This document shows, piece by piece, positions 1 to 10,583 of a DNA stretch of 64,000 nt. Numbering within the stretch: position 1 is the first letter of the stretch; each line of letters starts with the position of its first letter. This DNA comes from an uncultured Trueperaceae bacterium (lineage in GTDB: Bacteria > Deinococcota > Deinococci > Deinococcales > Trueperaceae): the NCBI GenBank assembly GCA_963799485.1, contig CAWCXJ010000013.1, forward strand, positions 384,001-448,000, in the 5' to 3' direction. A program made the translations under genes and the position numbers. The notes beneath the pieces are model-generated. The model was given only the letters and a program-made list of their open reading frames with translations. It was not told the DNA's origin and made no database searches.

Positions 1-97
1 CGTCTGGTAGCAGCGCACGAATCTGGTCGACTGTCGTATCGTCGCGCTGACCCTTTGCACCCTTGTCGCTCACGGTTAAAATCACAGTCCGAATCAT
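1..97 (-). CDS. MogA/MoaB-family molybdenum cofactor biosynthesis protein (N-terminus; runs off the window)
   Basis: Manual translation from ATG at 97: MIRTVILTVSDKGAKGQRDDT, the typical MogA/MoaB N-terminal motif. Confidence 0.75.
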   Translation of the reverse strand, partial: MIRTVILTVSDKGAKGQRDDTTVDQIRALLPD

Positions 98-257
98 GCT
101 TGACAGCATACCTGCAGCTCGAGCCTCAAGCTGCGGCGGCGTTTTGGTTTTTATGTGTACCCGGTTGAAGCCGGAGTGTAGCAGTCCCCCGTGCGACGCG
201 GTAGGCTAGAGCGAATCAGAACAGGCTGCCGGAACTGCGGACAGCATAGGAGGCAAA

Positions 258-1480
<1,223 letters not shown>

Positions 1481-1484
<4 letters not shown>

Positions 1485-2413
1485 GTATTCTCGTAGATAC
1501 GAACACCAAACTACTGGTTCAGGGCATCGGTAACTTCGGACGTTTTCACGCCGACCGCTCGGTCGCTTACGGCACCAACGTCGTCGGCGCGGTGCATCCG
1601 AGCCGTGCCGGACAGACCGAAGTCTTCGAGGGCGAAACCGACCACTCCGGCGTTCCCGGACGGCCCGACACCTACCACGTTGAAGTCCCCATCTTTTTTA
1701 CGGTGCAAGAAGCCGTGGAGCAGACCGGCGCAAACGCCACCGTCATCTTCGTACCGGGGCCGTTTGCCGGTGACGCCATCATGGAGGCCGCCGACGCCGG
1801 CATCCCGCTGATTGTCTGCATCACCGAAGGCATCGCTATTATGGATATGGTGCGGGTCAAGCGCTACTTGGAGGGCAAACCCACGCGCCTGGTCGGGCCG
1901 AACTGCCCCGGCGTCATCACCCCGCACGAATGCCGCATCGGGATTATGCCGGGATACATCCACCAAAAGGGCAAAATCGGCGTTATCTCGCGCTCGGGCA
2001 CCCTGACCTACGAAGCAGTGCATCAGCTGACCCAAAACGGCCTCGGGCAGACGACGGCTGTCGGTATCGGCGGCGACCCCGTAAACGGCACGAACTTTGT
2101 AGACGTTTTAGAGATGTTCAACGACGACCCGGAAACCGAAGGCGTGGTGATGATCGGCGAAATCGGCGGCACCGCTGAAGAGGAAGCCGCCGCCTGGATC
2201 AAGGCCAACATGACCAAACCCGTCGCGGGCTTTATCGCCGGGACGACGGCCCCACCGGGCAAACGCATGGGGCACGCCGGGGCGATTATCTCGGGCGGGA
2301 AAGGGACGGCTGCCGACAAGATGGCGGCCCTGAAAGACGCCGGGGTGGTGGTTGCGCCGACGCCGACGGATATGGGAGCGGCGATGATGGAGGCGATGGG
2401 AAAAAAGTCTTAA
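1481..2413 (+). CDS. sucD: Succinyl-CoA synthetase alpha subunit
   Basis: Start at ATG 1481 (ATGA overlap with sucC stop); [29 protein letters not shown] phosphohistidine motif. Confidence 0.95.
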
Positions 2414-2433
2414 GATAAATCTCAAGAGCTTCT

Positions 2434-3255
2434 ATGGACGAGTCAAAAAGTGAAAAACTTGCAAATTTTATCTCTTCTATGGAAGCTCTGAGCAGTGCTT
2501 TAGACGAATTTTTTGGACTGGTTGAAAAAGCGGCGGAAGACTACAAGCAAGCATTAAAAGATGGTTCCGAGAGTGACATCGAGGATGCTCTTGAGAGTTT
2601 CATGTTTTCTCAGTATCAATATATGCGCTCTAAATTTAATGGCTTATGGTACGAGGATATCAATTTAGAGCGCGGAATTTATAGACATGTTCCTTCTATA
2701 AGCATGTTTGGGGCACTCGATTTTGAATTTCTGATTCAGTCCTTGCTCTATATTCTTCAGGACAAGTACTATACTTTGACAAGCACCAGTTATGACGGTG
2801 GCATAGACCTTGAGTTCAGAGAAAACTTTTATTTCGGAAACGATATTGTTGGCTTCGGAAATTACTATGCTCAATGTAAATTGTATAGAGGAAACGTTCC
2901 GGTTGCACACATTAGGGATTTCTTCGGAGTAATAACTAATCAAGCAGCAGAGGGTTATTTCTTCACTACGGGAATAATTTCATCTTCGGGTAAAAAATTT
3001 ATTGAGAGTGCAAACAAATCTTCTTATTCGAACAAGTTGTACTTTGCGGATAAGCAAACTCTAAAGGTGTTACTTGAGATGGCAGATGAGGTTGTTGCTG
3101 TCACTGAAGCGCTCATGGAGATTGATTACACCACAGGCAATGGTCAAGAAACTTTTGATACACTTTGGAAACAGATAAAAAGAATCAAGCTCAAGAGCAA
3201 AGAAGTTATGAGTCCAAAACAACCAACAAACTTTCAGCGGAAACTTTTTGAATAG
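2434..3255 (+). CDS. Mrr-like (PD-(D/E)xK) restriction endonuclease domain protein
   Basis: DGGIDL...AQCKLY...VPVAHIRDFFG...GYFFTTG is the Mrr_cat pattern; clearly AT-rich relative to flanks. Confidence 0.75.
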   Translation: MDESKSEKLANFISSMEALSSALDEFFGLVEKAAEDYKQALKDGSESDIEDALESFMFSQYQYMRSKFNGLWYEDINLERGIYRHVPSISMFGALDFEFLIQSLLYILQDKYYTLTSTSYDGGIDLEFRENFYFGNDIVGFGNYYAQCKLYRGNVPVAHIRDFFGVITNQAAEGYFFTTGIISSSGKKFIESANKSSYSNKLYFADKQTLKVLLEMADEVVAVTEALMEIDYTTGNGQETFDTLWKQIKRIKLKSKEVMSPKQPTNFQRKLFE

Positions 3256-3294
3256 ACAAAGGTAATGGCCCACCGAAGAATGCTACGTTAAGGG

Positions 3295-3603
3295 ATGGTC
3301 ACAAAGGTCATAAGTTGCTACCACTGCGGGAGTGAAAAGCTCAAGAAGAACGGTTTTGCGCCTAACGGCAAACAGAAGTACTGGTGTAAAGCTTGCGGCA
3401 AAGCGAGCCGCGATAGGCCAGCTGCTAAAGGTTACCGCGAAGCGCGCAAGGAAGAGATTCTAAGGGCTTATCAGGAGCGTTCAAGCTTGCGAGGTCTGAG
3501 TCGCACGTTTGGCGTGTCTAGAACTACAGTGACGAAGTGGCTCAAAAAAAACCAAGACATTAGCGCCACTCAAAGACACCCTGCTTCCCCCGGAGCGCCC
3601 TGA
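3295..3603 (+). CDS. insA: IS1 InsA-like (zinc ribbon + HTH)
   Basis: CYHCGS...KNG...GKQKYWCKAC zinc ribbon then HTH; A8 run at 3544-3551. Confidence 0.85.
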   Translation: MVTKVISCYHCGSEKLKKNGFAPNGKQKYWCKACGKASRDRPAAKGYREARKEEILRAYQERSSLRGLSRTFGVSRTTVTKWLKKNQDISATQRHPASPGAP

Positions 3604-3607
3604 GCAA

Positions 3608-4027
3608 GTGATACTCGAACTCGATGAGCTTTGGTCTTTTGTAGGTTCTAAAAGCAACAAACGCTGGGTCTGGTTCGCTCTTTGCAAACGGACACGGCAA
3701 GTTGTCGCGTGCGTTGTGGGTGGACGCGGTGAGGCAACGTGCAAACAGTTATGGCGTTCGGTACCTAAATCTTACCAGCAGGGCAGCTGCTACAGCGATT
3801 TTTGCAAAGCCTACCAACTTGTTCTCCCCAAAGAGCGCCATCAGGCCGTTGGCAAAGGCACGGGTTTGACCAACCACCTTGAGCGTTTCAACTGTACTCT
3901 TAGGCAACGGCTTAGTCGCTTCGTTAGAAAAACCCTGTCTTTCTCCAAGTCCGATGCAATGCACCTCATTTGCTTACACCTCTTCTTGCACCGCTACAAC
4001 TTAGAGCGGGCTTCGAGCATTCGTTAA
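3608..4027 (+). CDS. insB: IS1 InsB-like DDE transposase part (probably reached by recoding at the A8 run)
   Basis: ELDELWSFVGSK, YSDF, TNHLERFNCTLRQRLSRFVRKTLSFSK motifs. Confidence 0.88.
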   Translation: MILELDELWSFVGSKSNKRWVWFALCKRTRQVVACVVGGRGEATCKQLWRSVPKSYQQGSCYSDFCKAYQLVLPKERHQAVGKGTGLTNHLERFNCTLRQRLSRFVRKTLSFSKSDAMHLICLHLFLHRYNLERASSIR

Positions 4028-4110
4028 TGGGCCACTACCGACAAATTCCGAGTTCGCCGCCAGCTCGAGCCCCTCTTCGCTCTATACTGTTCTCTGAGGT
4101 TGGTGACGAC

Positions 4111-4344
4111 ATGTTGGACTGGTCAAGCTGCTCTGCGGTAGAACGTGACGCTCAAAAAGTCAGTGGGGCTTGGGTGTTTAAGGGCTCGAGGGTTCCGGTC
4201 AGGGCACTTCTTGAGAACTTGGAAGATGGTGCAACGGTAGACGAGTTTCTCGAGTGGTTTCCCGGAATGACCAAGAACGCAGGTTCAGGGGTACTCGAAC
4301 ACTCACCAGTCGTAGCTTATAACGCTGAGCCTAGCGGTACGTGA
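4111..4344 (+). CDS. DUF433-domain protein (VapB45-like antitoxin), C-terminus possibly degenerate
   Basis: VERDAQKVSGAWVFKGSRVPVRALLENLEDGATVDEFLEWFP; ATG at 4111. Confidence 0.8.
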   Translation: MLDWSSCSAVERDAQKVSGAWVFKGSRVPVRALLENLEDGATVDEFLEWFPGMTKNAGSGVLEHSPVVAYNAEPSGT

Positions 4345-4560
4345 TAATACTTTAGGATTAAGGTCACCATCGCCCCACTACAAAGCATCGGCGGTAGATA
4401 TAACGTACGGGGGCTTTCGAATTAGGATGGACAAATTCTCGATAACGGGCGTCCGCACTGACCGAAGCCGGAACAAGCCGGGTTTGAGACGTTAATCACC
4501 ACAGACTTCAGAAGCGTGCCTATCAGCAAAATTTGCCGGAGCGCGAGCGACGACTTGCAG
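4341..4560 (+). pseudogene. Degenerate PIN-like (VapC45/DUF5615-type) toxin
   Basis: GTG overlapping the DUF433 stop reads IIL*D*G; fragments ELGW, EQAGFETLITTD and YQQNL are separated by frameshifts. Confidence 0.6.
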
Positions 4561-4588
4561 TAGTTCCTCCGGCAGCATAAAGCATAGA

Positions 4589-4910
4589 GTGAAGCTACTG
4601 TTTGACCAAAACCTTTCGCACCGACTTGCACAAACGCTCCGCGACCTTTCCCGGTTCGTTGCATGTGCGGAACGTAGGACTCAAGAAGCAGTTGACACTG
4701 TGATGTGGAACTATGCTAAAGAACACGGCTTCACAATCGTCTCAAAAGATATCGACTTTCGACCAAGGAGCTTTATTTTCGGAGCCCCGCCAAAGTGATT
4801 GGCATACGCTTGGGCAACTGTTCTGACGGCGAGGTTGAGTTGCACCTCCGGCACCATGCGCCAAGCAATTGAGGCTTTTGATGCAGACACAGGCTTGTCT
4901 TTCTCACATA
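4589..4910 (+). pseudogene. DUF5615-family PIN-like toxin, frameshifted
   Basis: MKLLFDQNLS...WNYAKEHGFTIVSKDIDF...GAPPK, continuing as GIRLGNCS and QAIEAF in shifted frames. Confidence 0.72.
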
Positions 4911-4930
4911 TCCGTTGGGAGCCGAACTTA

Positions 4931-5168
4931 ACGACTGAACCTTTACGGTACGAACTCATCATTTACTGGAGTGAAGAGGACAATGCCTTTATCGCTGAAG
5001 TCCCCGAGTTGCCGGGGTGTGCGGCAGGTACGAAGTTTGCGAAGCAACGGCGCGACTTACGCCGAAGCAGTAGCCAACGCTGAAATTGTGATTCAGGAGT
5101 GGCTCGAGACCGCCAAAGAGTTGGGCCGTGATATTCCGCAACCTAGAGGAAAACTCGTTTACGCTTAG
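4931..5168 (+). pseudogene. HicB-family antitoxin disrupted by a ~19-bp insertion
   Basis: YELIIYWSEEDNAFIAEVPELPGCAA and GATYAEAVANAEIVIQEWLETAKELGRDIPQP in adjacent frames; no canonical start codon (ACG at 4931). Confidence 0.8.
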
Positions 5169-5225
5169 AACTTTCGGTAAATCTTATAGAGTATTGATTC
5201 GCACATCAGTTTGTGCAATCAGAGC

Positions 5226-5426
5226 GTGGCAACGAATTTACAGTTAGATGACAACTTGATTCGTGAAGCCCTCGAGCTCGGCAAGCACCGCACCAAACGC
5301 GCCGTTATCGAGGAAACGTTACAGGAATACGTGCAGCGCCGTAAACAGCTCCGGGTGCTCGAGCTCTTCGGCACGGTCGAGTACGATAAAGATTACGACT
5401 ACAAGGTGCAGCGCCGCCGGGAGTGA
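5226..5426 (+). CDS. VapB-family type II antitoxin
   Basis: ATNLQLDDNLIREALELGKHRTKRAVIEETLQEYVQRRKQ...FGTVEYDKDYDYK; GTG at 5226; stop overlaps next start. Confidence 0.8.
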   Translation: MATNLQLDDNLIREALELGKHRTKRAVIEETLQEYVQRRKQLRVLELFGTVEYDKDYDYKVQRRRE

Positions 5427-5787
5427 GGGTTCTAGTTGACACCTCGGTCTGGTCGCTGGCGTTCAGGCGTAACGAAAACGCCGATGACCCACACGTCATG
5501 CTTTTGCGCGAGCTTATCCGCGACGGGCGTGCGCTACTCCTCGGTGCAGTTAGGCAAGAGGTACTTTCAGGCATCCGCTACGAGGCACAGTTCGAGCGGC
5601 TCAAACTTTACCTGCAAGCTTTTCCTCATCTCGAGTTGAGCAGTAACGACTTTGGGCTGGCAGCAGCATTTTTTAATACCTGTTCTGTGCGGTTGCAGCG
5701 CGTAGGCAGTTTGAAATTTTAACAACAGACAAGGACTTCAGGGCATTTCAGACACTTTTACCTATCAAACTTTATGGTGCCGGATAA
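5423..5787 (+). pseudogene. VapC PIN-domain toxin with internal deletion/frameshift
   Basis: VLVDTSVWS...QEVLSG...FFNTC, then the usual GS-x-TDFLI segment is absent; CAVAARRQFEILTTDKDF resumes in another frame, stop 5785-5787. Confidence 0.8.
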
Positions 5788-5991
5788 GGCTGCGAGAGCT
5801 TTACCTCGCGACCCTCGGATACTTTTCCGGCATCTCTAAAATGTCTAAGCTCAATACGTCCAGCGCCGGCCAGCAGAGATGGTTAGGCGACTCGAGCCAA
5901 GACTTTATCTCAACCGGGTTTGTTCAGCAAAACGCAGCCTAAACCTCAGGTGACCCCGTGCTTTTTTCCCAAACTCCTGTTATAACTGCGT

Positions 5992-6918
5992 ATGAAACTC
6001 TGGCTTACCTGTCTGCTCTTTCTCACCGCTTGCGCCCCCACCTTTACGCCACCCGCCGCGCGCGCGCCCGTCATTCCCGGCGCAACCCCGCAAACCGTCG
6101 CGTTCGGCCCCTACACCACCTACTACGAAACCCTTGGTGAGGGCGACGCGGTAGTTCTCGTGCACGGGATTGGAGGCGGCTCGAGCCTGTTCCAGTACCG
6201 TAAAAACGCCGCCGCCCTGGCAGCTGCCGGGCTCAAGGTCTACGCCCTCGATTTGCTCGGTTTTGGTCGGAGCAGTCGCCCGGACATCCGTTATACGCAG
6301 GATTTACTGACCGAACAGCTCACCGAATTTCTAGACCGGCTGCCGACGCCTGCCGCCGTCGTCGCCAACGGTCTCAGCGCGGCCTACGCGATCCGCATCG
6401 CCGCCGAACGTCCGGAGCTCATCAGCAAACTCGTGCTGATTAGTCCGACCGGCTACGAGCGGCTTGCCCGTCCGCAAAACGAAGACCGTATCGCCGGGTT
6501 CAACCGGTTTCGCGGGATTTTGGGCGGGATTTTTAACACCTTGCTGCTCGACCCCGGCACGCAGCGGTTTTTCTTACTCGACGCCTACGCAGGGCGCAAG
6601 AGCCTGACGCCCGAAGTTCTGGAAAGCTATGATGATAATTTGCGGGTTGAAAACGCCCGCTGGGTGATTTTTTCATTTGTCAGCGGCAACCTAGACCAGG
6701 ACGTCTCACGGCTCTGGCCCGAGGTGCAGCAGCCGGTGCTGATCCTGTGGGGCAGCGAGGCGACGACGACGCCTATCGGCGACGCACAGGACTTCATAGG
6801 GGCGAGGCCGCAGACGACGCTGCTACCGATTCGCGGCGTCAAGCTCTTGCCAAACGAGGACAGGCCGGGGGTGTTTAACCGGGTGGTGCGTTCCTTTTTA
6901 CGGGGCGGGCTGGAATAG
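5992..6918 (+). CDS. Alpha/beta-hydrolase-fold lipoprotein
   Basis: Lipobox LTAC; LVHGIGGG, DLLGFGRS, ILWG motifs. Confidence 0.8.
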   Translation: MKLWLTCLLFLTACAPTFTPPAARAPVIPGATPQTVAFGPYTTYYETLGEGDAVVLVHGIGGGSSLFQYRKNAAALAAAGLKVYALDLLGFGRSSRPDIRYTQDLLTEQLTEFLDRLPTPAAVVANGLSAAYAIRIAAERPELISKLVLISPTGYERLARPQNEDRIAGFNRFRGILGGIFNTLLLDPGTQRFFLLDAYAGRKSLTPEVLESYDDNLRVENARWVIFSFVSGNLDQDVSRLWPEVQQPVLILWGSEATTTPIGDAQDFIGARPQTTLLPIRGVKLLPNEDRPGVFNRVVRSFLRGGLE

Positions 6919-6923
6919 CGGGG

Positions 6924-8099
6924 ATGATTAAAGCTGCCTTACGTTCGAGCACGCGCGTCTCGAGCTTTGGTGAAACCGTTTTTGCGACCTATACCCGTCT
7001 CGCCGAGCAGCACGGAGCGGTCAATCTGGGGCAGGGCTTCCCCGACTTCGCGCCGCCGGACTTTGCTCTGGAAGCCTTGCGCGAAGCGGCCTCCGGCCCG
7101 CAGCAGTACGCGCCGCTGCCGGGGTTGCCCGCGCTACTCGGGGCCGTCGCCCAAAAGATGTCGGTGAGCTTGGGCCGAGAGGTGCGTGCGCCGGAAAACG
7201 TGCAGATTACCGTGGGCGCGACCGAGGCGCTTTTTGCCGTTATGCAGGCGTTTGTGAGTCCGGGTGATGAGGTGGTGGTACTCGAGCCCTTTTACGACGC
7301 CTACCCCGCCGACGTGGTGATGGCGGGCGGGGTACCCAAGTTTGTCGCCTTAGAACCGCAAGGAAACGACTGGATTTTGGACTTCGACGCGCTCGCAGCG
7401 GCGTTTACGGACAAAACCAAAGCCCTTATCTTAAACACGCCGCACAATCCGACGGGCAAGGTTTTTACGGCGGTCGAACTCGACCGCATCGTCGCGCTAG
7501 CCGAGCATTACGACGTACTTATCGTCAGCGATGAGGTGTACGAGCACCTCGCCTTTACGCCGCATGTGGGGATTACGAGCCGTCCGGGGGCGTGGGAGCG
7601 GACCTTGAGCGTCTCGAGCATCGGCAAAACATTTTCGGTGACAGGCTGGAAGGTCGGTTGGGTGGTCGGGCCGGAGGCGCTCATCACCCCGTTACGGCGA
7701 GCCCATCAGTGGATACCGTTCGCGGTGGCGACCCCGTTGCAAGCGGCGGCGGCGGAGCTTCTCAAAACAGCCGGGACAAACGGTTACTACGCCGAGTTTG
7801 AGCAAATGTTCAGGCACAAACGCGATCTACTTCTGGCGCAGCTCCGGGACACGCCGTTTCGGGCGCTCGAGCCTCAGGGCGGCTATTTCGTTATAGCAGA
7901 CAGCGCGGCTTTGGGTTACAAAGATGATGTTCAGCTCTGCAACGCGCTGCCCGAACGCGCGGGCGTCGTCGCCATTCCGCCGAGCGCGTTCTATTCGGAC
8001 GCGCACAAACCTCTGGCTAAAAACCTCGTGCGTTTTGCCTTTTGCAAGTCGGATGAGGCGATTTGGGAGGCCGGAAGACGGCTTCGGGGGCTCGCGTGA
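6924..8099 (+). CDS. Class I/II PLP-dependent aminotransferase (YbdL/kynurenine-glutamine transaminase-like)
   Basis: NLGQGFPDF, NTPHNPTG, SDEVYE, SIGKTFSVTGWKVG, VRFAFCK. Confidence 0.9.
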   Translation: MIKAALRSSTRVSSFGETVFATYTRLAEQHGAVNLGQGFPDFAPPDFALEALREAASGPQQYAPLPGLPALLGAVAQKMSVSLGREVRAPENVQITVGATEALFAVMQAFVSPGDEVVVLEPFYDAYPADVVMAGGVPKFVALEPQGNDWILDFDALAAAFTDKTKALILNTPHNPTGKVFTAVELDRIVALAEHYDVLIVSDEVYEHLAFTPHVGITSRPGAWERTLSVSSIGKTFSVTGWKVGWVVGPEALITPLRRAHQWIPFAVATPLQAAAAELLKTAGTNGYYAEFEQMFRHKRDLLLAQLRDTPFRALEPQGGYFVIADSAALGYKDDVQLCNALPERAGVVAIPPSAFYSDAHKPLAKNLVRFAFCKSDEAIWEAGRRLRGLA

Positions 8100-8806
8100 T
8101 GTTTTTACTCGGGCTTACGGGCGTGGGTAAAAGTACCGCCGTAAACGCCCTGCAAACGAGTGGCGTCCCCCTGACCCTGCTCCCTAACCGCCGCACCTTG
8201 ACCGACGAGCTGATTATTCCCGAGATGCAGCGGGCGGCGGGTAGCGCCGTAAAGCCCGTAAAAGATAGACTCGAGCGTTTTGAACTGACCCGGCACTACC
8301 GTAAAACGCATCCGGGCGGCGTCGTCCACGCGCTCTTGAAACATCTTGAAAGGCACCCTTACGGCGACGAAGAAACGCTGCTGTTCGACAACCTGCGTGC
8401 GCCGGACGAGGCTCGAGCCGCCGCCGAAACCTTTACGGGCGCACGGTTTATCGCTCTGGACGCACCTCCTTTGGTACGGCTGTTACGGCTCGTGGGCAGA
8501 CACGACGATTTCGACCAAGTTGCGGCGCAAATTAAAAGCACCTCTTTTACCGAACAACTCCTGGCCGTAGAAAACCTGAACGCGCTGTTCGACGCGAACA
8601 AGCTGGCACTGCTAGCAGCACAAGGCGTACCCAGACGCGACATTCTAAAAGCCGTTCATATCATCGTGGGCGAAGCGCAAAACTACGATATGAACGCTGC
8701 CGCCGCCTACTTGCACGAAACGCAGACTGCTGCAACCTTTTTGCACCTTGACACCGCCGACCTCTCCCCGGACACGGTGCGGGCGCGGATTCGGGCGTGG
8801 CTCTAG
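8096..8806 (+). CDS. P-loop NTPase/kinase-like protein
   Basis: N-terminal Walker A GLTGVGKST; FDNLR; start overlaps the aminotransferase stop. Confidence 0.7.
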   Translation: MMFLLGLTGVGKSTAVNALQTSGVPLTLLPNRRTLTDELIIPEMQRAAGSAVKPVKDRLERFELTRHYRKTHPGGVVHALLKHLERHPYGDEETLLFDNLRAPDEARAAAETFTGARFIALDAPPLVRLLRLVGRHDDFDQVAAQIKSTSFTEQLLAVENLNALFDANKLALLAAQGVPRRDILKAVHIIVGEAQNYDMNAAAAYLHETQTAATFLHLDTADLSPDTVRARIRAWL

Positions 8807-9867
8807 TGCCCGTAACGTTTGTCGAGACGCGGCCCGTGCAGCTGACGCTTAAAGGCGCACTCCGCTGGGGCAAGGCGGGTGAACTGACGAAGCTCGAGCA
8901 CGTCCTCGTCTCGGTTTTCGACGACGCCGGCAACGTCGGCACCGCCGAAGCGCCCGTGCGCCCGACGATTTACGGCGAAACGGTCGCGAGCATCCGGGCA
9001 ATCATTCACGAAGAGTTGGAGCCGGGGCTGGTCGGCCTAAAAACCGCTGACGTCGCCGTGCAGGGGGAGGTTTTAGCGCGTATTCCGAACAACCACTGCG
9101 CCAAAGGCGCGCTCGACACGGCGCTCTGTGAACTGCGGGCAAAGGCGGCGGGCCGGAGCTTATTTGCGGCGGAGCGGGGTGACGCACAGCAAATTGAGGT
9201 CAGCTTTATTCTCGGTATCGCCGAACCGGACATCATGCTCGCCGAAGCCGAGCGGGTTTTTGAGCAGGGCGTGCGCGTTTTCAAGGTCAAGGTGGGCCGC
9301 AGCGCCGCGCACGACGCCCAAGTTTTGGGTGCGTTGCAGCACACCTTTGCCGGTGCGGGCGTGACACTCTACGCCGACGCGAACGAAAGTCTGAACCCGG
9401 ACACGGCCGCGCGTGAGCTGGAGGCTTTACGCAAGCTGGGCGTCGCCTACCTCGAGGAACCGCTCCCCGTTCATCTCCTCAAAGAGCGGGCCGCGCTTAA
9501 ACGAGCCGACATCTTGCCCCTCATCGCCGACGACTCGTGTTTTACGCTCCCTGAACTGGGGCGCGAGCTGGCTTTCGACACGTTCGACATCTTGAACATC
9601 AAAACGGCCCGTACCGGTTTTACGGTTTCACAAAAGATGCTGACGCTGGCACGAAGCGCGGGTAAGGGTGTGATGGTCGGGTCGCAAGCGTCGGCGGGAC
9701 TCGGGACGTTGCACGCCGCCATTTTTAGCAGCAAGGCGGGCGTGACGCATCCGTGCGAGCTGAGTTTTCCGCTCAAGCTGGAAACCGACGTTCTCAACGC
9801 ACCGCTGAGGTTTACGGCGGGCTATCTGGACGTTGCGCCGCTGGCAAAACTGCACCTCAACGCGTAG
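8797..9867 (+). CDS. Enolase-superfamily (muconate lactonizing/dipeptide epimerase-like) protein
   Basis: FKVKVG, DANE, EEP, ADDS, NIKTAR motifs. Confidence 0.85.
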   Translation: MALVPVTFVETRPVQLTLKGALRWGKAGELTKLEHVLVSVFDDAGNVGTAEAPVRPTIYGETVASIRAIIHEELEPGLVGLKTADVAVQGEVLARIPNNHCAKGALDTALCELRAKAAGRSLFAAERGDAQQIEVSFILGIAEPDIMLAEAERVFEQGVRVFKVKVGRSAAHDAQVLGALQHTFAGAGVTLYADANESLNPDTAARELEALRKLGVAYLEEPLPVHLLKERAALKRADILPLIADDSCFTLPELGRELAFDTFDILNIKTARTGFTVSQKMLTLARSAGKGVMVGSQASAGLGTLHAAIFSSKAGVTHPCELSFPLKLETDVLNAPLRFTAGYLDVAPLAKLHLNA

Positions 9868-9967
9868 TCTCGAAAGTAAGGGGCCCTTACAGCTCCGGGC
9901 CCCCGGTCTCGGTAAGGTAAACCATGATGTACAGCGCAGCTTACAGACCGGCCTGCAGGGAGGGCAG

Positions 9968-10159
9968 ATGAGCACAGCGCTCGGGATTTTCATCGGCGGC
10001 GCAGTGCTTTTCGTCGTCGTGCTGGCGGTGTGGCTCAACCCCGGCCTCGGTGTTTTAGCGCTGCTACTCGCCGTACTTGCGGGCATCTACGCGCTTAGAA
10101 GCGTGGTCGGCAAGGCTGCGCGGGCCCGCCGTAAACGCCGCCTGAACCGTAAACGCTAA
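9968..10159 (+). CDS. Small membrane protein
   Basis: GGAGG RBS, two hydrophobic segments and a basic tail. Confidence 0.55.
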   Translation: MSTALGIFIGGAVLFVVVLAVWLNPGLGVLALLLAVLAGIYALRSVVGKAARARRKRRLNRKR

Positions 10160-10191
10160 ACCGTCTATAGACTGCCGTATCAACTGCTGTA

Positions 10192-10413
10192 TCAACTATC
10201 GTGCAGCTGAAACACCAGGTTTCCCAGCGAACGCGCCTCTTCTTCACGCGCCCTCGAGACGGTATCGGCGAGTTCGCGCCAACGCAGATGGCGCTCGTAG
10301 GTGACGCCGTAAACCTCTTGCAGGGCGGCGTTGACGCCTGCTTGTACCGAATCCGGGTCGAGCTGCGGGTGTTCGCGCATGACGCGGGCGGCAATTGCCG
10401 TAAGTCTCCTCAT
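10192..10413 (-). CDS. Hypothetical protein
   Basis: ATG preceded by a purine-rich stretch; plausible helical composition. Confidence 0.45.
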   Translation of the reverse strand: MRRLTAIAARVMREHPQLDPDSVQAGVNAALQEVYGVTYERHLRWRELADTVSRAREEEARSLGNLVFQLHDS

Positions 10414-10583
10414 TTAGCCCCTTTCCGCCTGTCTAGTTTATAAAAAAGCACGGGCTTTGCCATCAGACGTTCGTCCTAGACCGGTGGGGCGCTTTGGGGC
10501 TAGTACCTGTGCGGGCGACGCTTCAGGACGAACAGCGGCGTTAAAGGGGTATAAAGCCTCGTAAATATACCTGACAAACCCGT

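Larger units (their letters stand above)
3261..4039 (+). mobile_element. IS1-family insertion sequence
   Basis: Terminal IRs GGTAATGGCCCA / GGTAGTGGCCCA; GACAAA duplicated at 3255-3260 and 4040-4045; insA/insB-like ORFs inside. Confidence 0.92.
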
